Part shown: positions 1 through 14,100 of the stretch, one piece after another
Layout: each line of letters starts with the position of its first letter
Numbering within the stretch: the stretch's first letter is position 1
Assembly: GCA_002633005.1 (NCBI GenBank)
Contig: NMRA01000019.1
Location: 1,379,372 to 1,443,371 of the forward strand
Length of the DNA stretch: 64,000 nucleotides
Direction of reading: 5' to 3'
DNA from: Phoronis australis
Taxonomy: Eukaryota; Animalia; Phoronida
Made by a program: the position numbers and the translations under genes
The notes under the pieces: generated by a model
What the model was told of the DNA's origin: nothing
Database searches by the model: none
Seen by the model: only the letters and a program-made list of their open reading frames with translations

Positions 1-565
1 ATTGTATCATTTACCATCATAAAATATGAGGCCATTTGGCAAATAATTCAATAATTACTGACCAGCTAAAATACTGTTAAGTTCTCTTCCACCACTACCC
101 AACTAAGGGGGGTTTGCCATTGAAAATGGAACCATAGAAATTTTTTCAAACTCAACTAATCATCACTCTCACTAACTGCTGATCATTTTACGTTCATGAA
201 TACAACATTGATAAAACTGAAAAAAAGTTTCAGTGTATTTCATTCACACTTAAGACTCGGACATGTGGCCTGCTTAGTGTTGACACTAACAATATGCTTC
301 TGTAAGCACTAAGCAAAACCAGCTGACTTTATAACACTTCTCGCAGCTCCTATCTGATGTGGCCAATGATTGATAAAACATAATGAATGGACACTTACAG
401 TTTTGGACATCAGGTTCAAACCACAGTTTTTATCATTTATAAGTTCTATTCACTCTTTGTTTTGGAAAACACAGTATCAAGCATAGTAGGCCCTATCTGA
501 AAGTTTCATCTGAATCCAAGTTTCTAGGGTCCTTCACAACATAAAGTTGCAATGTAAGTTCTTAC

Positions 566-608
566 CGACATAACCCGCCTTCACCTCAACAGGCAGGTCT
601 AGCTCAGC
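566..608 (-). CDS. VPS13: VPS13-family gene, coding exon 3 (43 nt); gene continues beyond the left edge
   Basis: ttgcag|GCT GAG...GTC G|gtaag encodes AELDLPVEVKAGYV(G), matching the chorein-N LxLPxxVKxGxxG motif. Confidence 0.92.
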
Positions 609-1425
609 CTGCAAGAACAGAAGACACATGGTAAATGTTCCTCACTATAGTCACCTCCACACTCAGACTTACCCTAGGACAACTTGCACTAGATAAGTGT
701 AATTTACCCCACTTCATTTGAGCACCCCCACACACACACGTAGCCGATAACCAAGGTAAGGCAGAAGTTGTTGCTCTGTGCATGACAGTGAACAGCTAAT
801 GAGAATACAGCGTGCAAAAAACCCGTGTGGATGTAAACCGCAGCTCATAATGACTTTCACCTTGCTCAAGGTTTGTGGCCACACAGTGACTAGAAGTGAG
901 ACAAGTTACCCAACCTTGATAAGGTGGAGTAAGTTGTCACAAGTGGGACAAGTCATACTAGTTTGAATAGTGTCCAAACAGCCCTTCAAACCTAGCAACA
1001 ACTCATTCCAGGAGTAAGTCTGTGAGTGGACGGCACTTTTAGGACATGATATGGCCACCAAAACTTCTTAACGAAACTGATGAGACATTAACCAGACTGT
1101 ATGACCAGCATAGTTCATACTGAATATCTATTACAAAACAAAACTTCGGAAAAATTCTGAACATTTTAAAATGTAATCAGCCATTGAAAAATAAAGCAAA
1201 CACGATTTTGTGCAAAACTAAAAGTTTACCGCAATCAAACAGTATAGAATCTATCACACCAGTAATAAGGACAGCATCTGTCAAATCTGTTGCAAAAACA
1301 AAACATAATGCTCCGATTAACTTGATATCAAACACAAATACAGTATTCAAAAAAGTATAATTATTTTAGATAAAACCACAAATACTACAACGATTTCAGT
1401 AAACAATTAAGAGACTGCAACTTAC

Positions 1426-1469
1426 CAAAGCTTCAGGTTTTAACTTTAAATCCAACAGCTCTAGTTCCC
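1426..1469 (-). CDS. VPS13: VPS13-family gene, coding exon 2 (44 nt)
   Basis: ttttag|GG GAA CTA...GCT TTG|gtaag encodes (G)ELELLDLKLKPEAL. Phase 1 to 0, in frame with both neighbours. Confidence 0.92.
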
Positions 1470-2383
1470 CTAAAACAGAAAAAGTGAACTTTCATCTCAA
1501 GAAGCTTAAAAGTAGGTCAGGGCACAGGTGATGGTGCTGTACAAACAAAAAATACTCGGTGTCAACATCAATACGTTGAAAATTGAAAGTGTGTGATTAT
1601 ATATTTTAAGGCTTCATCTTTCAATGAGGTGAAAAAAAGCTGCTTTCAGTCAAACCGAAGCTCACAGTCAGTATGAATCAACACAGAAACTCCTGCCGAC
1701 CCAGTGGATAAATTTAATTTCACCACCACATCAAAATATATAGTCAAGTTCCCCTGGGTTAAAAGACAAAAAGTATCTCAACTTAACTTTATACCCCGAC
1801 TTTCTGTATTTGTATCAAAAAAGAACTGGCAATGTCAGTAATGGTATAGGTAACGTGCCGATTTTCAGATACTGTTACCTAACCCTCCTTAAAACTGAAC
1901 TAGTTTTCTTAATACCATTAAAAATTAATGTCATGGTAAGCCACCACCCTCAGAATTACAGAAAATTACCACACATACCACCAGTTATGTATCCAGTCCC
2001 TAGATGTGCGATGGGCTTCATAATGCACTGGGAATCAATCAACCAACCTTCATCTAAAGCACATCATAACATGCTAAGTCATTACAGACAAGCCCCTATT
2101 ATGTATCCACCACCTTGTAACCCCAAACCCAGAGCTGGATAGGTTACAAGCACCGTCTCATCATCTGGGATGTACAATAAATAACTTCGAATACGTGTTG
2201 TTGAAACTTCGCAACCGTACGTAAAACTTGTCGCATTTTTTCACTATTTTTGAGAATTTTTATCCTAGCTTGTTGTGTATTGATGAGACACCAAATTGAA
2301 AACTGCTGGTTGACAAAACAAATGAAGAAGTACAATGCACCCTGATACCCATTATTAAGAGTATGAAGCTGTATGTATGTGAG

Positions 2384-2448
2384 GGCCCCTATGGAAAGCA
2401 GTGTGAACTGATGCGGCTATCCTCATTGTAAATATTAAATAAATAAAT
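2384..2448 (+). mobile_element. 3' end of a LINE/SINE with (TAAA)n tail, copy 1
   Basis: ggcccctatggaaagcagtgtgaactgatgcggctatcctcattgtaaatatt followed by (taaa)n. A near-identical copy lies at 40621-40695. Confidence 0.7.
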
Positions 2449-3408
2449 GAACATTAATAAACGTTACTCCTTGATTCAATGATGGTAAAATTCTCCAACT
2501 CAAGACAGTCTCTAGAATTTGGAACACGGAAACTCACAAAAATTGAATTATTTTTATTCTGGAATTTGGGACAAGGGCAATTTTGGCATTCATTGTATTT
2601 CTCAAATTTGGAACAAGTTATCAAACTACAGAGTGACTGTGTAATTTTGCTGCATTTCCAGTGATTATTGAATTTGAAATGGCTGATACTGCCTATTTCT
2701 AGAATTTGGGGCAAGCTCCAACCATGAGCAAAATTATCAATTTTTCACAGTCCCAAATTGGAGAAGTTTTATTGCAAGGTTTTTAAACATCTGTGGTTAC
2801 GTCTCCATAAAGTTACAGCTCGAGTTTCATGAAATTTGATTTGTTGCTCCAACAAACTATTATTGCAAAAATATTTATGTTTCTACACAATGAAACTGTT
2901 GAAATTAAGACCGTTGAGAACATTTTTGGTACACCTGATAAAAGTATTTGACAAAATTCGATAAATAGCAAAATTATGAAACGTTAAGAACGACTGTTTG
3001 GGTAGTGTCTGGCATCGTATTTTGTAAAATCTGACAGCAAAAGAACACAGTTAATTAGCAAATAAAATAATTAAATCACTTGTTTGTGCTTTATATTTCA
3101 TGTTCATACTGACAAAAATATCAATTTACTGGTGCTCACCAATATTAACAAAAGCATGGACACATTCATATGTTATTGTTAACAGTGACCAATGCTTGAC
3201 AGATATGTGTAGAATTTTGTCCACGAATCTTTAAGTGAGAATGCACTGAGGAACTGAATGACAAAATCAGCAATTCTGACTGACCAGTTATGGCCTGCCT
3301 CCTACAATGCCGATTAAATTGCTTAACACCTGAAAGCTAGTCTTGATCTAAGTATAAGGTGCGCCATCCATCAGGTAAGACCCCGGATGCTGTTAAGACA
3401 GTACCTAC

Positions 3409-3505
3409 CACTGAGCAGACCCAGACTAAGGTTGTCAGCATCAAGTCCCTGGATGTACTTGCCAAGGTACTTGTTCAACAAACTGCTCACAATTCCTTCG
3501 AACAT
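3409..3505 (-). CDS. VPS13: VPS13-family lipid transfer protein, first coding exon (chorein-N start)
   Basis: ATG at 3505-3503 encodes MFEGIVSSLLNKYLGKYIQGLDADNLSLGLLS(G), a typical chorein-N start. Donor G|gtaggt at 3408. An acceptor ttgcag at 3534 shows a further non-coding exon upstream. 97 nt, phase 1. Confidence 0.92.
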
Positions 3506-6500
3506 GACTGCTTTATTCCATCACCAGTCATAACTGCAATAGAGTATGTAAGCAATTAAATCACCCATTCTACATTTCAGCAGCTGGTCTAGAAGTTATC
3601 AAGAGTATCTAATCATCACTCTGGTAGTGATGTTTGTGTAGTTTATTTTGGAGGTGTCAACCAGAGGGAGGCTTAAACCTAGTGAGCCCCTATAGACCCT
3701 CCACAGTTTTTATTGCTGGTTGCTTGGTTATAATTACTAACTGTCAAAGGCAATCACTTGGAGAATACTAACGAGTAGCAGGAGATCATGGTTGTACATA
3801 ATTTCAAAAAGAAATGGGCTTGTCAACATCTGACAGACAGTTATCATGTGCATGTAGTACCTAACATACTTTTTCAGCTTACATTGAAAACAAATTTCTT
3901 TTGCAGTGACAAATATTCCATTTAGGTAAACATGAGCCAAATTTGTACCTAGCATATTATTTGGTGACAAGACAGCATAGATATAGTCTCTCTAAAGCAG
4001 CAATTATATGGGAGACAGCTGTCACAGAGCAACTGACACAGAACAGCTGATCTGGCGCAAGTGCTAGGGCTTTATCCAGGATTTCGAAAATAGGGTTTCT
4101 AAAATGGGGTTCCCAATATTCCGGAGCGTCCATGATTCCAACAAGGCGTTTTAACCCCACCCCCACCACCATTCACCAATAACCCTCTCCCCCCCACACA
4201 CCTGGTGAGGTTTTTACATCTAAGTTAAGAAAAATAGCTCCCTTGTATTGAGCTTTTTCACTATAAAAACTGTGTGGATCAAGACTTTTACATCTAAATT
4301 TACGAAAACAACCAAATAGCTTACCAAACAGTAATTACAGATATTGGTTGAACGATGAGTGCACTGTTTTTGGTGATCTCAAGTCAAATTGCTGTTAAAA
4401 AGTTTATCATATCATCTTAACTAGCTTTATATTCTGTACAATGAGTCCTCAAAGCTACAATTTCCAACACAAGAAAAATGCACAGATGATGTGTGGTTTA
4501 TATTTTGGAAACAGGTCTCACTTCTGCTCCATATTAAGACGCATATAGAAAAGCATGAAACAGGCGCAAACTCAAACATTTTAAATGGGGAAATTCTTGT
4601 GGCACATCATATTATTAAATAATGACATTTACTTTGCTTTTCATGTTTTTAAAAAAGATGAAAAACATGAAATTACAGCTCTGAAACACCAGTTTGGAGT
4701 TAAACAAGGTCTGTGTCCCAGTATAAAGTATTGAATTGCAATTATAATTAGACCACTGAAAGCAAAGACACTCTGAAAACCCGTACACAAAAATTGACAG
4801 GTCTACTAAATACTTTGAAAATAGTTTGAACATTGCTATATTTTATATACACTGTATATTTCTTTCGAGTCGAAAGGGTCAACTGCTCTCTTGAACAATC
4901 CCCATCTTTCATTAACTGGGAGTCTTAGTAAACTTACAATGTGAGTGTCCAAAAAATTCTGATTGACATTTGGGTGTCCAAATGTTACATTGGGCGTCCT
5001 TGCCAGGGCGTCCAGATTAGTGTTAGAGAGTCCATTTGGACACCTAGAACGTAGGCTGCATGAAGGCCTGGCAAGTGATCTACAGTAAAGTCGCGTGATT
5101 TTTGGACGGCCCGCCATTTTCGACCAAGAATAAATATTTCCGAAATTAGTTTTTCATAGTCCACGAAATTCGTACAAGGTCCAAAAACTGTTTTTAATGA
5201 TCTTCGAACTTCGGACAATGTCATAAACGCAGGATTTTTGCCCAGCGACTTTCNGTAATGTAGAATAAACGAGACTTGAGTGGACCAAGTTGCGCCGTGA
5301 CAACTAGCACCATGACAACTGTTCGCAGTGTAAAAACAGCTTGGTTAAAACTCTCAAGAGTGGTGTCACCGGCAAATGTTGTTAAATGCATGAAATCCAT
5401 TTGGAAATTAACACCAAGGCCAAGGTGAAAATGTTGCACAAAAAGCCCAACCACCCACTTCCCTAAGCCACAATATCCTCTGTCAATCAAACAACGCCTC
5501 CTGGTTTTCCTTCTATCCATAGCAATGATCTATACTTAAGTTAATTAGAAGAACGCCAGAATAACTTAAAGGTTTAATTTATGAATGTTGCCCATGACAA
5601 CAAAATTCTCATCAAATGATGAACTAGTAGTCCTGTGAACAAGAAAAATAAAAAAATCACGCAATACATGACCCAAACTTCTAATAGTTTCATCACAGCA
5701 AGTTGAATTATGTTTTGTAAAATATATCCAGTCAAAACAATATTATACATATCATATTTACACATGGCGTTTTTTAGTGAGAAAATCTATCTCTAACCAG
5801 CATGTTTCCTGAGATTAGGTCAATGAATCTTAGCAATCAGTGTGAATGATTGCTGTTATTTATAGTTAAACATGAAACATCCCCAAACAGAGCTACATAC
5901 AATGATGTAATGTTGCAAACTTAGCTGCTTGAATACACATGGCTTAGAAAGCAGATTCAATTTTCATGGCAACTGCCTTTGAGATAACTTCATACTCTAG
6001 TAGTCAAGGCAACAGTCTGGCTGAGGTTAAGGCAAATCCCCAAATAATCATAAATACCTAAGTTTTCAGTCTTCAGCTCTTTTGTTTGAAAACTGCATCC
6101 AAAGTGACCAGTCTTCTTAAGTTAAATTGTTTTAAATGGCCCAAAAACGCAGCTTCAGGCTAACACTGCACGTTCAGTGAATCAACTCTAAAGGTCCCCT
6201 GCAGTGCCCATGGAAGACGGGGCTTCCTGGCACCTTATCATTTTAAACCATTGTCTTATTACTATTGATCAACTTCCTAGGGCAGACTTCAAAGTTCAAA
6301 CTGTCACCATAGAGACAGATTACATATAACAAGGGCAAAACCATGTCATATCTCTAGACTTGACAAGACCAATAATTATCAATGTATGGGTTCGCCAGCA
6401 CTGAACTCCCAACACAAGATCACGATGTTTTCCTGAGCAGTCACATACATGTATCTTTCATGGATGCTACATCATGCATGGGCATTTCGAAGTGATAATT

Positions 6501-6919
6501 AAGAAAAATCGGTATCAGATTATAAGCAGAAACTAGCTGTTAACCCAGGTGACTAAACCACTCACATGAGTGGGGAACTTGAAAACACCACCAGTTTCGC
6601 ATTGGTGAAAACTCTAGCAGTAGCCAGGTAGGCATGCCGCCTGCAAAAGGCTTCGCCATCCAGTTAGTTTGTTTTCATACCCACCACCATCTAATTTGGT
6701 GTGGAAGGAATGCAACTTTAAGTCACCTATTATATAAAATGCATCGTTTGCACAAACTCCGTCTCCCCCACTCCACTACAGTCACCTTCGTTGTTTCCGT
6801 TTCGGCACTGCCTTGGTCACAGGTATTGCACCGGTCCCCTATTTGGATTCGAGGTGTTCTATTTTTTCGCGCAGGCTGTTTTTTCACCGACACAGAGGGA
6901 GGGTGGCCAGTTTCGTACT

Positions 6920-6975
6920 GGCCTTGGTGACGTCAGTCGGTCGGCTCAAAGGCCTGGGTGACGTCACTGCGTCGG
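6920..6975. promoter_or_regulatory. Two full CRE palindromes (TGACGTCA) in a short direct repeat within a CpG-rich patch
   Basis: TGACGTCA at 6928-6935 and 6959-6966, each in ggcct(t/g)ggtgacgtca context. Lies about 3.4 kb upstream of the VPS13 ATG exon. Confidence 0.4.
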
Positions 6976-7661
6976 ATTAATTTCACTCCCTCCAGTTTCT
7001 GTCGCGTATATAATTCATCGGGCCTGTCACCGCCAAAATTAATGATGCCTCATTAAAAAATTTTTACTCTTCCTTGAGTAAACTAAATTATTTACCCGGC
7101 TGTTGGAAAATTGGGGTTCTTCAGTTATTCTGCTGCTAAAATTGTGATGCGCTCTTTGGGCGCCATTGCGTCACCTATCGGGCCAATTTCCATGTTCTTC
7201 AATCAACTGTGGAGGTTGCGTACATGTCGTAACGATCGAAAGTGGTTTCATTTCGTTACAAGTTTTTGCTATTTTAAGACCAAAAAACCCAATTTCAGAA
7301 AATACTCTCAAGAGATATCACAAAGTTTTGGGAAATGGCGCGTATGTGCGCGTGTCACGAGATTGCACTGTTTTCAAAAACGGGCGGCAGATGGGATTTT
7401 CCTTTGTTACAAAAGGCAGAGAATTAATTACGAAAATTTTGTTTACGGGCACTGTCGCTTCATTCCCAGATTCTGCATGCACCCCTGCAGGTTGTTAGCT
7501 CTAAGTTTCACGACGAGGTGACAAGCTAAGCACCCGGGTTGTGTGAAATTTCGGTGTCTAACACACGGCTATCTAGCTGCATGTTGACGACAGTCTTCAC
7601 ACAGCTAGCTGGCCTTCTACCTCAGTATGAACATTTATGATGCAACTTTTGTAAATACACG

Positions 7662-7810
7662 CAGGGGCGTATCCAGGATTTTGAGTTGGGAGGAGAGCCA
7701 CGGTAGATAGAGTATTAGCCAGAATTCGGACCCCCAACCTGCCAAATGGAATCTGGGAGAAATTTATGGGGGGGCATGGCCCTCTTGGCCTCCCTCTAAA
7801 TTCACCATTG
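7662..7810 (+). mobile_element. Short hAT-like MITE, copy 1
   Basis: Starts caggggcgtatccaggatttt and ends ctaaattcaccattg. A homologous reverse-orientation copy at 36143-36304 shares tattagccag, ccaaatggaatctggg and ccctcttggcc. Confidence 0.7.
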
Positions 7811-8560
7811 ACATCTATATTCTTTGTGTATTATAATACAATATTTTAAATGCATTTTTAGTTTTCACTTTAAACTGAAGATTATCTGATTACCGTACTT
7901 TGTGTTACGGCAGGGTCAAATGTTCTAGAAAGAAATTTGTACTGCCTAGGGGAAGAATCCCACAGCCACACACCTTAATTGCCTATTAAAATCTGACGGG
8001 TGACAGAAATTCTGCTTGAAGCTTCGAACACGGTCTCTTCAAGAAGTATTCCTGTCTCGTGCGATGAACACTCGATCGGTTCACTCTTAGGTGTAGCTAT
8101 TTCCTCTTGGCGTTTCCCACTAGCTGCTACCCATGCAAAAGCACGAGTAGCGGCTAGTGTAACATTGACATCAGTTGTGTGACCACATTTCCTCAATTAC
8201 TTAACCTCACTGATAATATTGGAAGCCCAGGGATATCAACACTGCTTGTTGGAGTTTCTACGGTATGGTGATCCGGCTGTGGACCAGTTAACTGGAAATT
8301 TCTAGATTCATAGTCTGAAGATTCACCACAAGTTTAAGCTTAGTTGTTTGGGACCAAATAATAAAATCCCAGTCTAATCAGTAAGTGACACTGACAATAA
8401 CAAGGAGCTGGAGCCTAGATGATCATCTACTTTGGACTTTCCATACTGGAAAATTTAGTCATGGTGATAATGGGCAGGGAGAAGATGAATTCTTATGGCC
8501 TAAAGATGGGCTTTGTGTTTTGCATAGTTACCTCGCCTTTCAATCAAAGAGAGTAACAGG

Positions 8561-8622
8561 TATGTTTCTGTAAACAATGTAAACAGTGTTTTATGTTTCT
8601 GTAAACAATGTAAACAGTGTTT
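8561..8622. repeat. Tandem duplication, 30-bp unit x2
   Basis: tatgtttctgtaaacaatgtaaacagtgtt occurs twice in tandem. Confidence 0.9.
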
Positions 8623-8924
8623 TAAGGGATTATCAAAACTTTACAACCTTTGAAACATTAAAAAATGTCTTCCTTATTTTTTGGAAAAAGTGTAGACAGG
8701 GATAGGATAAGAAATGCCACGAGAAAAGGTTTAAAACAACACTTTGAGCAAAAAACTAATTCATTATTGGATTACAATTTGAATTGATAAAACAAAATAT
8801 ACAAAAGAAAAATTAACGTTGAAATTTGTGAAACCTAATCACTCTTCAGTCCTTAAGTTGAGATGGCATGGCAGTGTAACACTCTCCACTGATGAACAAT
8901 ATGTGACCTCCTGGTACATGAATC

Positions 8925-8980
8925 TGTGTGTGTGTGCGTGCGTGCGTGCGTGCGTGTGCCTGTGTGTGTGTGCATGCGTG
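8925..8980. repeat. Compound (TG)n/(CGTG)n microsatellite
   Basis: tgtgtgtgtgtgcgtgcgtgcgtgcgtgcgtgtgcctgtgtgtgtgtgcatgcgtg. Confidence 0.95.
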
Positions 8981-10705
8981 GATGAAAATGCTGTTTCTGC
9001 CGGACAAAAATTGGGAAATTTACAATTTCGGACTGAACGATGTAAATGCTAAGTTTCACCATCTGACATATATATAAAAAACCTGATCTAGTATTGGTGG
9101 GAATTTACTAAGGTACGATACTTACGGTAACGTCAATCAGAGCTTAGGGCCTTCTATGGGCAAGTTGCATATTGCATTGGAAATTGTGCATCAATAAGAA
9201 TACAGATTGATTTCCTGGCTTGTCTAGTTTGGTGTTATGCAATATGACCTTACACCAAACCTCATGCTTGGGTTGATGACCTCTTACATAACATTTAGTG
9301 CCCCAAACTAGAAACATACCAGACATTTTACATCTGTCAGAACTCATATCACTAGTTCATGAGACAAACCCAACAGCCAACATTTGGGATTTTGTTACCC
9401 CAACCCCAAAGTGAAACTGTGACTACCCATCCTAAACTATTCATAAATTGATGCTGAAGAAAACCTAGTTGCTAATGCATCAATTTTAAAAATTCAAAGA
9501 CGGCTACTATTTTGAAAACAGTCACATTGGTCACTCGCCTTATTACTGTTTGTTTTTTGACTGAAAAAATTGTGTGCTAAACAGGCGCTACTTTACGACC
9601 CTAATTATCTCATCCAGCACGATCAGTCAAGCCCATGAATAGCAACTACCTCACTTCAATGTGTGACAATATCATCAAGCTTTGATGTGGTTAGGAATTT
9701 GCAGGACAGTCTGGAGTAAACAGGCTTTCCTGTCCACTTGCTGTGCAAACCCTGTTAACCTTTAAGATTTGTGATTGTCATTCAAAGGCAGGCACCAAGT
9801 TATAAGTTAGACAACGAGTGTGTTAAATTTTCACTGTTCAAGCTGCCTTTGGGTAGTTCACGTGCAATTATTTCCATGGAAAATCGCACATTAAGTGAGG
9901 GCAAAAATACGACCCCAACGAAGTGAACTGCATACACTATATTACCATTGCAAGTGAACTGCTTTCTAAATTCAATCTGACTGTTAAACAGGTCTGGCAA
10001 CACAAATATCGCTTTGCCACCAACACTTCAATGAAGAACCCCGGACTATCACAAGTCCACTCCGCAACTCCACATACTTTTCCCATAGACTGACAACATC
10101 AGTTACGGACACTTATCCCTTTGATAAAACACCAGGTGGCGTCTTTGAATCATGCTCTCAAACTAATGAATTTGAGATTAATAAACACCTCCTGCCATTT
10201 GCACTGAATAGTTCCATACTGATCAGTATTAATCTCTGACAGAGCAGTTACCTATATTCTTTTAGGTGTGATTATTGAGTTTGAAATGAATGACATGGGA
10301 ATTACGAATGCTTCATTGAGTGGGTTGTTGTTGCAGCCTCAAGCCATAACTCCAGCTGTGCAGTTAACGTTTCCCAACGAAGCGGACTCCTATTGCACAA
10401 ACTCCGCACTTTAATCCACTATTTTGAGAGTAACTGCGATGACTAATTAAGTTCGATTAAGTTCTGGAGTAACACTTTCTTTAATTCTGTGAGAGAAGTC
10501 AGACTCCATGATTTTTGTCACTTTTCCAAAATTGCACAAAACCCGGGTCTGTAAGATTGCCAAGTGGCATCAATGAGGAATCACTTCTCTCAACCCTCAA
10601 CCACACCTGGCCCACTGCATTAGTTAGGATGTTCTTCTGTGGTAGCTTGAAACCACAGCAAGTTGGTTGTGATTGATCCTTTGTAGCTGCATTATCAGTT
10701 TCTAA

Positions 10706-11168
10706 AGGCCTTTTCATTTTGACCTAACTCCGGTCTGAGCGGAGAGTCCATGTAAACTGCGAAGTTAACTAAACCGTTCATACCGGCTTCAGTAGTTAAC
10801 GGACATCAAAGTAAATGGTAGGCGATGTGTTGTCATTGGATTAATTGCAAGGCAGCACTGCATTTTAAGACTTTTTTTAATATGACAATTTGAGAACATT
10901 CACATGTGCTAATTGACATAAAATTTATTTTTAATTCGATTTTGTAATTATTCAAGCAAAATATAAGCAACTATTAGCAATGACACAGTGTCACCTGGCG
11001 ATAACTTCGAAGGGACTGCTCATACTGCACTCAGCAGCATCGACGCTCCGCAGCTAAATCCACCTGTTTACTGGGAAGTTAACTGGCGCTGTTAACTTCG
11101 ATCCAGGACCGAAGTAAACCATACTGATCGCAACACCACAAAATGCCAACGTTAGTGTGAAAGGCCCT
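10706..11168. mobile_element. PIF/Harbinger-like MITE
   Basis: Imperfect TIRs aggccttttca... and ...tgaaaggccct, preceded by TAA. Internal symmetric aagttaact motifs. Confidence 0.55.
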
Positions 11169-14100
11169 TTCAAAGTCAGGCATTCATGCTAATCTTCTAG
11201 CACCACAACAGTTTACAATTAGCATAAAATATCACCAATTAAGGACACAATGCAGCAGACAAGTTAAACTTCATTTTCATATTTTTTCATAGCAAGATAT
11301 GTAAGCACCACATCTACGTTTTCCGCTGTTCAAATTCTGCATCACAGCTACCAATAGACATTACTTTGAAAATTATGCAATGGTGAAAGACTTGGAAAAA
11401 TGAAAAATGGGCAATTTTGGCAATTATTTTTGCACGAAGGGGGTGAAATTTTTACTGCACTCAAATGCAACTTCTACTCATGACAAAACTGCGTTTGAAG
11501 ACAAACGGAATTAATTCACTTGACAAAACAAAGTTCATGAAACCCACATCCTTCCCTTGGCGCAGATTAATTTCAAATAATTTCACCCTTTGATGCAGTA
11601 GACTGAGATAGTGGTTCAGAACATCTGGCTGTTCATAACCATTCTTTAAAACTGGAATCAGTCAGCAACATAAAATAAACTGTTCACTGTGGTTAAAACT
11701 GGGGGCGTGGCTTTTTGAGTGTTCCTTTTGCTGTTATGTGCAGTGCAACAAAAGAAATGGTGGTATTTTTATATTATATACATAATATTTACACACCTCA
11801 ATATTTTAATGGGAAGTTTCTACATTTGAAGTCTTTTGTCAGAAATTTCGAGACTAGCCAACAGTAGAAATGGTAAAATCTCATCAATTTAATTGGCACT
11901 GTTTTCAAAAGCTCTAACATTGTTGTAAATGTCAACATTACCACAAATCCTTGCCCAATGGTAGCTATGGCACAAATTCTTCAGCTTGGGATGCTAAATA
12001 GTGGACAGGGAAAATTTCTCGACAAAAATAAGTTTTCAAAAATATTCACTTTTAGCATAATTTGTATGGCGACGCTATTAGCAAACAACATTTGGTAAAA
12101 TTTTGAGCATTTGCAGCAATGCGGTAAGCATCTGAACAGCAATACTTTTGTCCCAAATTGAAGAACTTTCACCATAAGACTGACCAAGACTTTATCTTGT
12201 GCTTACTTATGTTTCACGAAAAAATAAAAAAATTTCAATGTTAGTTGACTGTCATATTGACTCCTTAACTGATGACATTTAGCCATTGTCAATCACAAAG
12301 AATAGTTTATTGTGTACTTAAAATCATGTAAATTTTCAAATGTTAATTTTGTTCCCAGTGTCTTCAACACAGGCTCTTCAAGACAAAAAGTATGGTAAAA
12401 TCCACGGTAACCAACTAAGAACACAACTTATGCGACAAGTGAAGTTTTACTGTCTCATTTTTCCATGAAGGATATGAAGCACCAAAAGAAATGGTTTTCC
12501 TTGTTCAAACTTAGCAACACACCTGCCATTAGACAATGTTTGGATAATTGTGCGCATTCACAGCAATGTTAGAACCCCTTGTGAAGCAATTATTTTTTGT
12601 ACAAAAAAGGTGAAATTTTACTGTAGTCTCTTGTCCCACCATGGCAAAAATCACTTTAAAATTTAGCCAACTTTAACCATCACAAAATTGGTCTCAAATT
12701 GTTCCTTCTAGCCAAACTTGGATGTGATTTCAGGGCTACGACGGAACTGACAGTTCCTGTACAAGACAGTTACTGTATTGGAGACCAGGCATTGCAAGAC
12801 AGCTTGTTACAATGTGTGACTTTATTCACTGAGCATAGTCTTAATCTAACATTCTTTCAGTTCTTTGCAAACCTAGAGACAACTTCTTATCTGATTAAAG
12901 AACAAGCCAAGACTAATTTTATATCGGTAAGTGGTCTAAATCAAAAACTNTTCCCCTAATGGGAAAGCACTTTCTGACTCATGTTTGCACAGGAATTTGA
13001 ACCATTCCCAGTCATTGAGCTAACTATACTCAGTCAAGATGGTCTATCATGAAGAAATAGCGTCATCAATGTTATAAATACATTATACTGAAAATTTAAA
13101 ACAGAAAATAAATCCTAATCTTTGATCACAAAGTCCACATCCAAATCTTTTTACTCAAAGCCGGTCCTGTTATTGGTTGTTTTGCTATTATGTATGCTTG
13201 AATATTGTTGCTTTAAACTTGGGTCATGAGACATATTTAATGACATATTAATATTAAGTCAAAACTACACATTTTCTACTTCTAGAAAATACTTTGCTGA
13301 ATTATGTAATAATGTTGATATCAGGATAACTACATGGCTGAGACAATAGTAAACAGGAAAGACAACAGGAAGCGGCCAAGGCAATAGTAAGCAGCCGAGA
13401 CAATAGTAAGCAGGCGATAAGACTGACCACATTCATATATATTTCATTCCCAGCAAATACATGAAGCCCGAGTCAAGCTGAGAATCCATGTGCAAGCGAA
13501 ACTAGTTCAGATGTTCAGGTAGACAAAAGCCTGGACACCTGAACCATTAACAGTTATTTATATAAAAAGTCTTTACAACGATGACATTTTCCCTTTTCAC
13601 ATTGGCAAATGTGGCAACCATGTCTTTCTAGACAACCAATAACGGACATGACCAAATAGACTTAAAAAGTGATTCGGATACATCAGTATGAAATACAAGT
13701 AGACCAACTGATGCAGTAGGCAAACTGGTCTCGTGGATGATTAATGACACTTGACAGTCGGGTTAAAAGGAAGAAGTGGTTCGACATTACATACTGTGAA
13801 AAATGTGCTTCAACAAGGAAGTCACGTATTTCTAAAGATACGTACGGGGAAATTTGGGAATTTTCACAGCTCCTCCTTCTGAGTGGCTTTTAGCATCTAA
13901 TCAAAGAGCGCGCGGCGCGGGGGGGGGGGGGGGGGGNNNNNNNNGGTGGGACCCACCAATTGTGATGACCACATTGTCTGGTGCCAGCAACACCCAATTA
14001 AGTGTAATTACCCAACCATAAACTGCAGTAAACATATCTGCCTGTACACATACTGGTGAATTCTCTAAATCCATTAAACAATAATTTTGGTTAAAAACGA

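Noticed and set aside
4836-5520. Three overlapping minus-strand ORFs as an operon-like cluster
   Set aside because: They are short, have no motifs and lie in the VPS13 leader intron or upstream region. They are more likely a TE fragment, though no TIR pair could be confirmed.
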